Assembly: GCA_037134875.1 (NCBI GenBank)
Contig: JBAXLH010000003.1
Location: 9,644-73,643, forward strand
Length of the DNA stretch: 64,000 nt
Direction of reading: 5' to 3'
From: a bacterium
GTDB taxonomy: Bacteria; Patescibacteriota; Minisyncoccia; Phycocordibacterales; DATDWN01
A model generated the notes under the pieces. That model made no database searches, was not told where the DNA came from, and worked only from the letters and a program-made list of their open reading frames with translations. The translations under genes were made by a program, and so were the position numbers. Numbering within the stretch: the first letter of the stretch is position 1; every line of letters starts with the position of its first letter. Of the stretch, positions 19,249 to 27,593 are shown piece after piece.

Positions 19249-19614
19249 ATGAAATACATCAAATTTAGTTTCTATTATATATCAGCATATTTGGGTCTCG
19301 CTGGTATTACATTTTTATTTATTCCGGCACAGTTTCAAAAACTGCTTTTTGCGAGTGAAATATATGATCCAATTCCAATGGCTATTGCTGGAATGTTTGC
19401 ACTCCTTCTCAGTATTGTTTTATTCCAGCTCGCCAGAAAAGGATTGTTTGAGCTGTATCCAACGACATTTTTTGCTCGTATCGTTGCGATTGCGATTATT
19501 GTGAGTTTATATGTGCGAACACACAATCCATTTTTCATTTCTATGTTTATGATAGTGATTGTTGGAATGATTATCACGGCAATAGGGCACTTCAAGATGA
19601 AAGAAGTGAAATAG
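19249..19614 (+). CDS. Hypothetical membrane protein (4 transmembrane helices)
   Basis: Hydrophobic ORF; no motif. Confidence 0.4.
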   Translation: MKYIKFSFYYISAYLGLAGITFLFIPAQFQKLLFASEIYDPIPMAIAGMFALLLSIVLFQLARKGLFELYPTTFFARIVAIAIIVSLYVRTHNPFFISMFMIVIVGMIITAIGHFKMKEVK

Positions 19615-19633
19615 GGAAGTTGAAACTTGCTAG

Positions 19634-19705
19634 TGCTCTCGGCAGGAATCGAACCTGCATTTCATCCTTCGCAGGGATGTGTCCTATCCATTGAACGACG
19701 AGGGC
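19634..19705 (-). tRNA. tRNA-Arg with anticodon GCG (unusual G34)
   Basis: Manual fold. Acceptor GCCCUCG/CGAGAGC (one C-A mismatch); anticodon stem CAUCC/GGAUG with loop CUGCGAA; T-arm GCAGG-UUCGAUU-CCUGC. Confidence 0.7.
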
Positions 19706-19759
19706 AATGAAATTAAGCTAGCATAAAACTCGAAATTTTCATATACACAAAAAGAGGAA

Positions 19760-20215
19760 TTAAAACCCAAAATAGATAAAAAGTTTTTCCAAAAGTGGTT
19801 CGGTGTGTTCTGTCTCGGTCAGGTGCGTAGCGAGAATGTCTCGCACATCTCGTGGATTGACGTCTTCTATGAGCACCACCATATGCTGGGCTATTTTTTT
19901 GCGAGGTCGCAGAAAGAGTCTCGGATATGCATCACGGCTTTCAACCCAAAAAGATTCAATTTGTGGATATTCGTACACATTTTCTCCGATCAAAATATCC
20001 CTATCGTTTATTTCGATGCGGATAATTTCTGGTCTGCGTGAGGCAAAGAGAGCGAGTGTGCCGATGGAAATGAGAATAAGCAGGGCAAATATGAGGTTGC
20101 CGACGATAATTGCGATGAGTGCCACGGAAACGGTAATAATGCCAACAACCCAGTACCAGTCTGTTGTTTTCTCGGTAAAAATGTATTCAGGAGCATGCCA
20201 TTCTATTTTTTCCAT
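19760..20215 (-). CDS. Hypothetical membrane protein
   Basis: Two transmembrane helices; no motif. Confidence 0.4.
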   Translation of the reverse strand: MEKIEWHAPEYIFTEKTTDWYWVVGIITVSVALIAIIVGNLIFALLILISIGTLALFASRRPEIIRIEINDRDILIGENVYEYPQIESFWVESRDAYPRLFLRPRKKIAQHMVVLIEDVNPRDVRDILATHLTETEHTEPLLEKLFIYFGF

Positions 20216-20270
20216 ACAGAAATTATATCATAAATAATTGTAAATCTACTTTTCTTTTTGGTATACTTAT

Positions 20271-20543
20271 GTGTATATGGAAACAGCATTAACAAGCGCA
20301 TTGACACAGTCTCCAGTCGCTCCATTTCTTGGGGTGCCTATGTGGGCCGTGGCAGTTATTATCATTTGGTCACTTATTTGGAAGGGAATTGCACTCTGGA
20401 AAGCAGCGCGACTTTCTCACAAATGGTGGTTTATTATCGTTTTGGTCTTAAATACGTTGGGTATTGTCGAAATTATCTACATCTTCTTTGTTGCAAAAAA
20501 ATATACAGTTGAAACCGAGAGGGTAGAGACGCCTAGGGTGTAA
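20271..20543 (+). CDS. Small hypothetical membrane protein
   Basis: Two transmembrane helices. Followed by a terminator at 20563..20594. Confidence 0.4.
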   Translation: MYMETALTSALTQSPVAPFLGVPMWAVAVIIIWSLIWKGIALWKAARLSHKWWFIIVLVLNTLGIVEIIYIFFVAKKYTVETERVETPRV

Positions 20544-20562
20544 TATATTTAATTTACGAAAA

Positions 20563-20594
20563 ACTACCGGCAATATGTCGGTAGTTTTTTGCTA
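20563..20594 (+). terminator. Rho-independent terminator (ctaccg...cggtag + T6)
   Basis: Hairpin plus U-run. Confidence 0.55.
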
Positions 20595-20636
20595 TTGAAA
20601 AATAAATGAAAATAGATATACTTGATTAATCGACTG

Positions 20637-20723
20637 GGAGGAGTGGCAGAGAGGTCGATTGCACCGCTCTTGAAAAGCGGAAGCTGGGTAACTGGCTCGT
20701 GAGTTCGAATCTCACCTCCTCCG
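20637..20723 (+). tRNA. tRNA-Ser (anticodon UGA), class II with long variable arm
   Basis: Acceptor GGAGGAG/CUCCUCC; anticodon loop CUUGAAA; long extra arm; T-arm GUGAG-UUCGAAU-CUCAC. Confidence 0.85.
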
Positions 20724-22298
20724 CATTACGAGATTTTGACTGCACAAACGGTCAAAATCTCTTTGTTTATCGCCATTTTTAACAGGTTCTAACCGTTCTT
20801 TTATCTTACCTAAAGTTTTTGAGACTCTTTTTATTGGAAAGAGTGATTTCTCTATATCAATACTGAGTATTTTGTCTTTTAGGATGAGGTCCGAACCTAA
20901 GGTTGATAAAATAGACCGTCTCGTCTCAATTGTGCCAGTATCAAATTTATATTTTGCACCCTCAATAAAGGTAAGCATTTCATCTGCGGTGTTTAACCAT
21001 CGGTCCACTCTCTTGCTCGTATCTCCGAAAAGATTATCAAGTTGTTTCTTTTCTGCAAGGAATTTTATTTTTCTTTCAGCAAATTCTTCAGCAGATATTT
21101 CTCCACCCGCTCGCATATCAGTCAAACCATCAATCTTTGCGAGACAAGCCTTGTAGGCCTTCTCGTTTGCCTTTATAACGGCATTACGGCCATCAACTTC
21201 CTTTTCATTTTCTTTCTTAAACCACTTCATAGCATAGCTGTGAAATTCTGGTGGAATTTCAATACTTTTAATTTCAGTCGTAATCTGTTTTTTGAGTTCT
21301 TTCTCCTCAATAGACCCTTGCGTACAATTAGGATTTACTCTTTTAGTACAGTGATAGTAGACATACGAGTGAATATTTCCATTTTTCTGCTTTTTTATTT
21401 TAGTCTCTGCCGTAATACTTGCTCCACATTCTCCGCAACGCATCATTCCAGTAAAATCAAATATATGTGTTTTTGGTCTTGGTTTTCCTTTCTTACCAAG
21501 TAAGAATTGAAGCTTGTCATATTCCTCAGCAGTCATCATTGGAGTATGAATAGCATCATACCATTTACCACTTCTGAGAGGATATTCATATCTTCCATAA
21601 TAAAATGGATTTGAGAAAATTCTGTAAACTGTAGCTCGGCTAATTTTTTTGCCACTTGGCATAGTAAAGCTCCATTCATTTTTTGCAATTCTCCATATAT
21701 CTGCAACTGTATAATTACCCGTGAGCATTAAGTCAATCATTTTACGGACCAAAGGAAATCTCTCTTCGTCTACAAGCGGGACCTTATTTCCTTTTTCTGC
21801 ATACTTGTCATTTTTATAGCCTATTGGTGCAGGAGCGGGATACATTCCAAGACTGGCTTTTTTGTGAAGACCCCTTTGCACATCAACACCTTTTTTATCA
21901 TTCTCCATTTTGGCCTGACTGCATTGAAACATAAACATAAATTTATCCAGCGGAGTATTTTTAAATGTTTGTGCTGGCGTAACTATTTCAATGAGTTTTC
22001 CTTTATCTATTAGGTCAATAAGTAAAGCAGAGTCCATAGCATTTCTTGAAAGTCTATCTGCGTGCCAAACAATAACCGCATTGATTTCTCCACTTTCAAT
22101 CATACTCAACATCTGACTGAATTTAGCTCGCTTACCAGAAACCTTTGCTGATTTTGACTCACTAAGAAGATACTCTGGTTTAATTTTTATTCCTAAACTA
22201 TCTGCAATTCTTTTACCCTCATCAATTTGAGAATCAATTGAAAGAACCTGCCTATCCTCAGACTCTGTGGACTTTCTGCAATAATTTCCATATACCAA
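20712..22298 (-). CDS. Large serine recombinase (resolvase catalytic domain + recombinase + zinc-ribbon domains)
   Basis: Catalytic YCRKSTESED...WHADRLSRN. Cys cluster CGECG...CTKRVNPNC. 528 aa. Confidence 0.85.
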   Translation of the reverse strand: MVYGNYCRKSTESEDRQVLSIDSQIDEGKRIADSLGIKIKPEYLLSESKSAKVSGKRAKFSQMLSMIESGEINAVIVWHADRLSRNAMDSALLIDLIDKGKLIEIVTPAQTFKNTPLDKFMFMFQCSQAKMENDKKGVDVQRGLHKKASLGMYPAPAPIGYKNDKYAEKGNKVPLVDEERFPLVRKMIDLMLTGNYTVADIWRIAKNEWSFTMPSGKKISRATVYRIFSNPFYYGRYEYPLRSGKWYDAIHTPMMTAEEYDKLQFLLGKKGKPRPKTHIFDFTGMMRCGECGASITAETKIKKQKNGNIHSYVYYHCTKRVNPNCTQGSIEEKELKKQITTEIKSIEIPPEFHSYAMKWFKKENEKEVDGRNAVIKANEKAYKACLAKIDGLTDMRAGGEISAEEFAERKIKFLAEKKQLDNLFGDTSKRVDRWLNTADEMLTFIEGAKYKFDTGTIETRRSILSTLGSDLILKDKILSIDIEKSLFPIKRVSKTLGKIKERLEPVKNGDKQRDFDRLCSQNLVMRRR

Positions 22299-22300
22299 TT

Positions 22301-22483
22301 TTATTTTCCATTGGTTTTAACTTTTGCTAAAAAACTATCAAATTCTTTTTTATCAATTCTAAACTCTTTGCCTATTTTGTAGGATTTCAATTTTCCAGCT
22401 CCAATGTAGCGGTAAATAGTCATTATATTTACCCTCAATTTTTCTGCCAATTCTTTGGCTGTATAAAATTCTTGTTTACTCAT
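22301..22483 (-). CDS. Excisionase/MerR-family helix-turn-helix DNA-binding protein
   Basis: 60 aa. YTAKELAEKLRVNIMTIYRYIGAGKL is a classic excisionase-family HTH. Confidence 0.7.
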   Translation of the reverse strand: MSKQEFYTAKELAEKLRVNIMTIYRYIGAGKLKSYKIGKEFRIDKKEFDSFLAKVKTNGK

Positions 22484-22522
22484 ATATTAAGTATACTTTA
22501 CTATTCTTTACATAGCAAGCGA

Positions 22523-23626
22523 TTAACTTCTTTTGATAATCCCTTCTAAAACAGCCTTCTCCTCGTCTGAAATACCACCATTGTTTCCAGTGTTTTGGTT
22601 CTTAAGGCCTTGCACAATTCTAACCGCATTTTCACTGCTCATACTGCCGTAACCATATGACCCAAAGGTGGTGCCGACATTTTCGTGTCCGAGATTTAGA
22701 CTAATTGCCCGTTTTTCCTCCTCTGTGAGTCTCATTTTGCTTAAAATACCCACTACTGAATGACGGAATGAGTGAGGATTAAAATAAGGCAGGCCAGCAT
22801 TTTTGCATCTTTTTTCAAAAATCTTTCTTGCACAACCATCGTTACTCCAGAAGTTTTTACTTATAAAATCTTTACTGTAACTATTATTTTCTGTACCAAA
22901 CTCATTTAAGGTTGAAGGAAAAATCGGGTCGTCTGGTCCAAACCCTTTTGATTCAAGATACTCATACCATTCAATAAAATATTTTTCTGGACCGTCCCAG
23001 ATAATAGGAAAAAATGTTGATGGTATTCTTTTTGAATTTTTAGTTCTCACTCCATCAGCGGGATTTTGGTCAAATAATCTGTTCTGTTTATCAAAACTTT
23101 TCATTTTTAATGACACGAGTGCCGAAATACGCATACCTGTTGTAAGAGCGAGACAAATAATTGCTCTGTCCCTATTATCTATTTCATTTTTAATTTCAAT
23201 ACTTTCAATTACATTTTTTACATCCTCAAATGAAGGGATTTTTCTTTTTGTACCAGAGGTGGCAATACGAGCTTCTTTTTTTGAAAGACGGAGAAAATCT
23301 ATATCGTTTTTTAATATTTTCCTATAATTTGGTTGATTAGATAACCAATGAAAAAACCTTTTGATACGGCGGAGATAGTTATATTGTGTAGTAAGGGAAA
23401 TTTGGCCAGATTCAGTTTTACTTCCCCTTGATTTTAACCACTCTACAAAAGATACTGCTTTTGTTTTATTGAAAAAGATAAAATCCTCATTTTGTGTGAA
23501 ATTTTGCCATTGTGCTATGGCCTCAGCAAATATATTTATTGAGCTTTCAGCAAAACCCTCTCCACCTTTCAGGTGTTCAAAAAACTCCCTTTTCCTTAGC
23601 TCATTTTGATATATATTTTTTGTCAT
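22523..23626 (-). CDS. Tyrosine-type site-specific integrase
   Basis: C-terminal catalytic motifs NPHSFRHS and LGHENVGTTFGSYGY (HxxR...Y). Confidence 0.8.
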   Translation of the reverse strand: MTKNIYQNELRKREFFEHLKGGEGFAESSINIFAEAIAQWQNFTQNEDFIFFNKTKAVSFVEWLKSRGSKTESGQISLTTQYNYLRRIKRFFHWLSNQPNYRKILKNDIDFLRLSKKEARIATSGTKRKIPSFEDVKNVIESIEIKNEIDNRDRAIICLALTTGMRISALVSLKMKSFDKQNRLFDQNPADGVRTKNSKRIPSTFFPIIWDGPEKYFIEWYEYLESKGFGPDDPIFPSTLNEFGTENNSYSKDFISKNFWSNDGCARKIFEKRCKNAGLPYFNPHSFRHSVVGILSKMRLTEEEKRAISLNLGHENVGTTFGSYGYGSMSSENAVRIVQGLKNQNTGNNGGISDEEKAVLEGIIKRS

Positions 23627-23663
23627 TTTATCTATATTTTAGTTTATTACTGATAATGGACAT

Positions 23664-24053
23664 TTAAACAGTAGGTGTGAGTATCTTATAATCCTTTTGG
23701 TAGGGTTTAATTATCCTGCTTATTTCACCTTTACAAACACGACATAAGGCTATTTTTCTGTTGCTTAACTTTTTTATTGAACCCTTTTTTGCATAAACAG
23801 CTTTCTTACATTTTAGGCAATAAAACTGATTGCGATTTAACTTACCTTTTTTCTTTTTTGAATACATATTCCTTAAAAATTCCTTCAAATCAGAACCAAT
23901 TATGAGGATTGGCCTTTTGCTATCTGGTATAGTTTTCAATCCTTTTTCAATCCAACGAGATAATGTTTTTTCTGTCTTCTTTAAAAGAGAAGATAACTCT
24001 TCAATCGTATAACTTCTATGTCCGCAAAGACCTTTGGGATTAATCTTTCTCAT
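23664..24053 (-). CDS. HTH plus zinc-ribbon basic DNA-binding protein
   Basis: YTIEELSSLLKKTEKTLSRWIEKGL (HTH); CLKCKK...CRVCKG. Confidence 0.4.
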   Translation of the reverse strand: MRKINPKGLCGHRSYTIEELSSLLKKTEKTLSRWIEKGLKTIPDSKRPILIIGSDLKEFLRNMYSKKKKGKLNRNQFYCLKCKKAVYAKKGSIKKLSNRKIALCRVCKGEISRIIKPYQKDYKILTPTV

Positions 24054-24232
24054 AGTTTTGGTGTGGCGATTCCACCAGTTTGTGTTGTTCTCAATGATTC
24101 CGACCCCAAAACTGCCTTATAGAGTTTAATTAGGTTATTAGCACGGAAAATAGCCTCGGCATCGCTTAAAACAACGCCGTAACGACTCTTGTATAACTTT
24201 TTGTATTCTTCTATGGCTTCCTTTGGTAACAT
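24050..24232 (-). CDS. Hypothetical 60-aa protein
   Basis: Start/stop coupled (4-nt overlap) to the downstream gene. Confidence 0.3.
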   Translation of the reverse strand: MLPKEAIEEYKKLYKSRYGVVLSDAEAIFRANNLIKLYKAVLGSESLRTTQTGGIATPKL

Positions 24233-24294
24233 AAAAACCCCTAAGGGTTTCTTAAGGATATATGATGTCCAGTTTAAGACGACTTAAGACAATT

Positions 24295-25680
24295 TTAAGA
24301 CAAATATTTAGAGTTTATTTTGGCAGACTGGCGTGTTTTAAGAAAGAAATCATCTATTCCAACACGACTACATTTAAGATTTATCTGATAAACAGCATTA
24401 TAGAACTTCTTGTCCTCTAAATGACCCACAGAGTCATATTTTTCAGCAATTCTAGAAAAAAACCATTCATCTTTAAGGTCTTTAGAGTTTTCAAAAATTA
24501 TCCGTAAAGTATGATATTCATCACCAAACTTCTTAACTTTTACCTCTTTCCCATTCACATAGAGACGAGACTTTTCAGCATCAAATTTTAAGCTAATCTT
24601 TTCAGTTTTTAGGCCAAACTTTTCAAGCACAACAGGCAATAATTTTATTTTTACATTATAAGCAGGTGGTTGGTCTTCGTGGTAAGTCCAATTTGAGCCA
24701 AGTGATACAATTTCAATTTCCTTTAATGATGCACAAGCAAAGAGTATGTGAAAAAATAAAAACTCTCTGGTTCTGTATTCTTCTCTAGTGGTATACTTCT
24801 CTGTTTGTTCATCATTAGTAGTAGTTATGAACAGCTTTTCAAAAGTATTATGCATTGTAAACTCTATACCATATCTGTCTGATAGTCGTTCTAACTCTCT
24901 TAAAAATTGCTCGTGATGTTTTTGAAAAGTTAAAGTGTTGGTATTTACATATACATCGGTGTTATTTATGTGTTTTCTGTATATTCTTTTTGAAAGTTTG
25001 TCTTCAATAAACCAAAAAATATACTGGTTAACATCTTTATAAAGCTCAGTAAGACCTTTGGATTTTGGGTCAATCTGGATAGTTATAAATGGCATCATTT
25101 TATTGAATAGCTCTTTTGCCATTTCATACTCTTGCTTATGGTCTTGTTCTGGTGACAAGATAGAGTAATCAGGATTTTTATGTGCATAGATGATGTCTTC
25201 TACAGTAATTTTGTCTTCAAGAAATCTTTTTAATACTTGTTGTAATTCAAGATTAAAAGGTTTCTTTTCTTTAATATAGTTTTTTGCCCAAGCATATGCT
25301 CCTGTGTAATGGTTAACATACTGTTTTTTATCTATACCAATAAAATCCCATTTGTATAAAGGCAACTTTTCTTTTTTTATTCTTTCCAATTCCTTATCAT
25401 CAGTAACCAAGTAGTCATCAGCAATTGCTTCAGGCATCGCTTTTATTAAACCTACATCTAGGTTGTACCTATCAATAACTGCAATCAAGAAACTTACAAC
25501 ATCCCAATTTTCCCAACCTAGAGGATGAGACACCAGAGCAAACATAGTCATACTGATAGAGTCGTTGGCAGAAAATCTGCCATTAAGAATACTTTTGTAA
25601 ACATAAAGAGAATTGTCATCAATCAACTCTTGTTTTGTTAGGTCTTCGGCAAAGTAAACTGCCTTGTTCAGCTCTTTCAT
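24295..25680 (-). CDS. Hypothetical 461-aa protein of unknown function, divergent from the R-M operon
   Basis: Long clean ORF; no recognisable motif. Confidence 0.5.
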   Translation of the reverse strand: MKELNKAVYFAEDLTKQELIDDNSLYVYKSILNGRFSANDSISMTMFALVSHPLGWENWDVVSFLIAVIDRYNLDVGLIKAMPEAIADDYLVTDDKELERIKKEKLPLYKWDFIGIDKKQYVNHYTGAYAWAKNYIKEKKPFNLELQQVLKRFLEDKITVEDIIYAHKNPDYSILSPEQDHKQEYEMAKELFNKMMPFITIQIDPKSKGLTELYKDVNQYIFWFIEDKLSKRIYRKHINNTDVYVNTNTLTFQKHHEQFLRELERLSDRYGIEFTMHNTFEKLFITTTNDEQTEKYTTREEYRTREFLFFHILFACASLKEIEIVSLGSNWTYHEDQPPAYNVKIKLLPVVLEKFGLKTEKISLKFDAEKSRLYVNGKEVKVKKFGDEYHTLRIIFENSKDLKDEWFFSRIAEKYDSVGHLEDKKFYNAVYQINLKCSRVGIDDFFLKTRQSAKINSKYLS

Positions 25681-25784
25681 ATGCTTTACTTTACTTTACA
25701 GCCGATAAAAATTCAAGTAATATAAAACAGACAACCAAATATGGCCTAACCCTAAGAATTTTCATTTTTAGGTATGGCGAGAAA

Positions 25785-25921
25785 CCCCACCACAGGCGTA
25801 AAGAACTCCTCGTTAGAGTCTTGCCTGTGGTGGGTCATACTGGGAAACTGGTATGGGTGGCTTAAAAACCATCAGCTCTAGCGGGGAGCTTTTTGCAACC
25901 CGCTAGTAAAACCCACCACAG
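25785..25921 (+). promoter_or_regulatory. Structured leader upstream of mod: 12-bp hairpin cccaccacaggc/gcctgtggtggg, a second hairpin ctagcggg/cccgctag, and a third copy of cccaccacag at the start codon
   Basis: Inverted repeats and a triple motif visible in the sequence. Confidence 0.4.
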
Positions 25922-25922
25922 A

Positions 25923-27593
25923 ATGACAAATGAATCAGTTTCTGGTCTTCAAAAGGAAATTGGGGACCTTAAAAATGAAATAAAAAAACTTAAAAACCGT
26001 AAAAAATACGGCCTTGTTTGGGAACATAAAACCGAACAAGTCATTGAATCGTGCAAAGAAAAATTACCTGTTCTTTCCGAAGACAACGGTAAAGAATTTA
26101 AAACAGAAAAAAATAAATCCACAAGTATTATTATTGAGGGTGATAATTATCAATCTCTTTCAGTTTTAAATTACACCCACGCTGGAAAAATTGATGTAGT
26201 ATACATTGACCCACCTTATAACACTGGAGCAAAAGATTGGAAATATAACAATGATTATGTTGATATAAACGACACCTACCGCCATAGCAAATGGCTAAGT
26301 ATGATGTCCAAAAGACTTCAACTTGCAAAAAATCTTCTTAAAAAAGATGGTGCCTTAATTTGTGCAATTGACGAGAATGAAGTCTCACATCTAGGAGTAA
26401 TTTTGGAAGATATATTTTTTGGATGGGAAATACACCTAATAACAATCGTTCATAACCCTAGAGGTATTCAGGGTAAAAACTTTTCTTATACTAATGAGTT
26501 CGCTTTCTTTGTTTTACCGAGTGGTAAAAAAATAATAGGTTCAAGAAAAATAAAAGAAGAAGATATTGAATGGAGAAATCTTAGGGATAATGGAGGTGAA
26601 TCGTTGCGTTCAGATGCTCGTAATTGCTTTTATCCTATGATTGTTAAAGACGGGGTTGTAATTGGATTCGGAGATGTTTTAGACAACAATAAACACCCAA
26701 AAAAACAGACGGAAAACAAAGACGGTCTTTCATATATTTGGCCAATTGATAGTAAGGGTATAGAAAGAAAGTGGCGTTATGCAAGACAAAGTGTTGACTC
26801 AATCAAACATCTTTTGAGAGCAAAAGTAAAAAAAGATGGCTATGAAATTGAAATTGGTAAAGATTTCGGGACCGTTAGAACTGTTTGGGAAGGTAGCAGA
26901 TATGATGCCAATGAAAACGGAACAAAACTAATACACGCCCTAGTTCCAAATACAGATTTTGATTTTCCAAAATCAATTTACAATGTTTACGACTGCTTAG
27001 CCCCAATAATTTATGAGAGAAAAAATGCTATTGTTTTAGATTATTTTGCTGGCTCTGGCACAACTGGGCACGCTGTAATGATGCTTAATAAAGAAGATAA
27101 GGGAAATAGAAAATTTATTCTGTGTACTAATAACGAAAATGGTATTGCCGAAGATGTTTGTTATCCAAGAATCAAAAAAGTTATACAAGGCCACAAAGAC
27201 TACCCTGCTATAACAAATATACCCACAAACCTAAAATACTTCAGAACTGATTTTGTAGAAGCCAAACCAACAGATATAAATAAGAAAAAACTTGTTGATA
27301 AATCAACGGAAATGCTCTGCTTAAAAGAAGACTGTTTTGAGCTGGTTAAAAAAGGCCTAAATTTCAAAATTTTTACAGATAATAAAAATAAATACTTAGG
27401 AATTATCTATGATGATACTGGTATTGAGTTATTTAAAAAAGAAGCTCAAAAATTAAATGAGAAAATAATCACCTATATTTTCTCTCTTGATGATAGTGCA
27501 AGAGAGGAAGAGTTTGAAGACATTAAAAAACTGGTTGAATTAAAACCAATACCAGCCGTTATTCTTAATGTATATAAAAAAATATTCAAATGA
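25923..27593 (+). CDS. mod: Type III restriction-modification DNA methyltransferase (Mod; beta-class N6A/N4C MTase)
   Basis: DPPY motif (VVYIDPPYNTGAKDW) precedes FxGxG (LDYFAGSGTTGHA). The ORF track starts at 25893; ATG at 25923 preferred. Confidence 0.85.
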   Translation: MTNESVSGLQKEIGDLKNEIKKLKNRKKYGLVWEHKTEQVIESCKEKLPVLSEDNGKEFKTEKNKSTSIIIEGDNYQSLSVLNYTHAGKIDVVYIDPPYNTGAKDWKYNNDYVDINDTYRHSKWLSMMSKRLQLAKNLLKKDGALICAIDENEVSHLGVILEDIFFGWEIHLITIVHNPRGIQGKNFSYTNEFAFFVLPSGKKIIGSRKIKEEDIEWRNLRDNGGESLRSDARNCFYPMIVKDGVVIGFGDVLDNNKHPKKQTENKDGLSYIWPIDSKGIERKWRYARQSVDSIKHLLRAKVKKDGYEIEIGKDFGTVRTVWEGSRYDANENGTKLIHALVPNTDFDFPKSIYNVYDCLAPIIYERKNAIVLDYFAGSGTTGHAVMMLNKEDKGNRKFILCTNNENGIAEDVCYPRIKKVIQGHKDYPAITNIPTNLKYFRTDFVEAKPTDINKKKLVDKSTEMLCLKEDCFELVKKGLNFKIFTDNKNKYLGIIYDDTGIELFKKEAQKLNEKIITYIFSLDDSAREEEFEDIKKLVELKPIPAVILNVYKKIFK

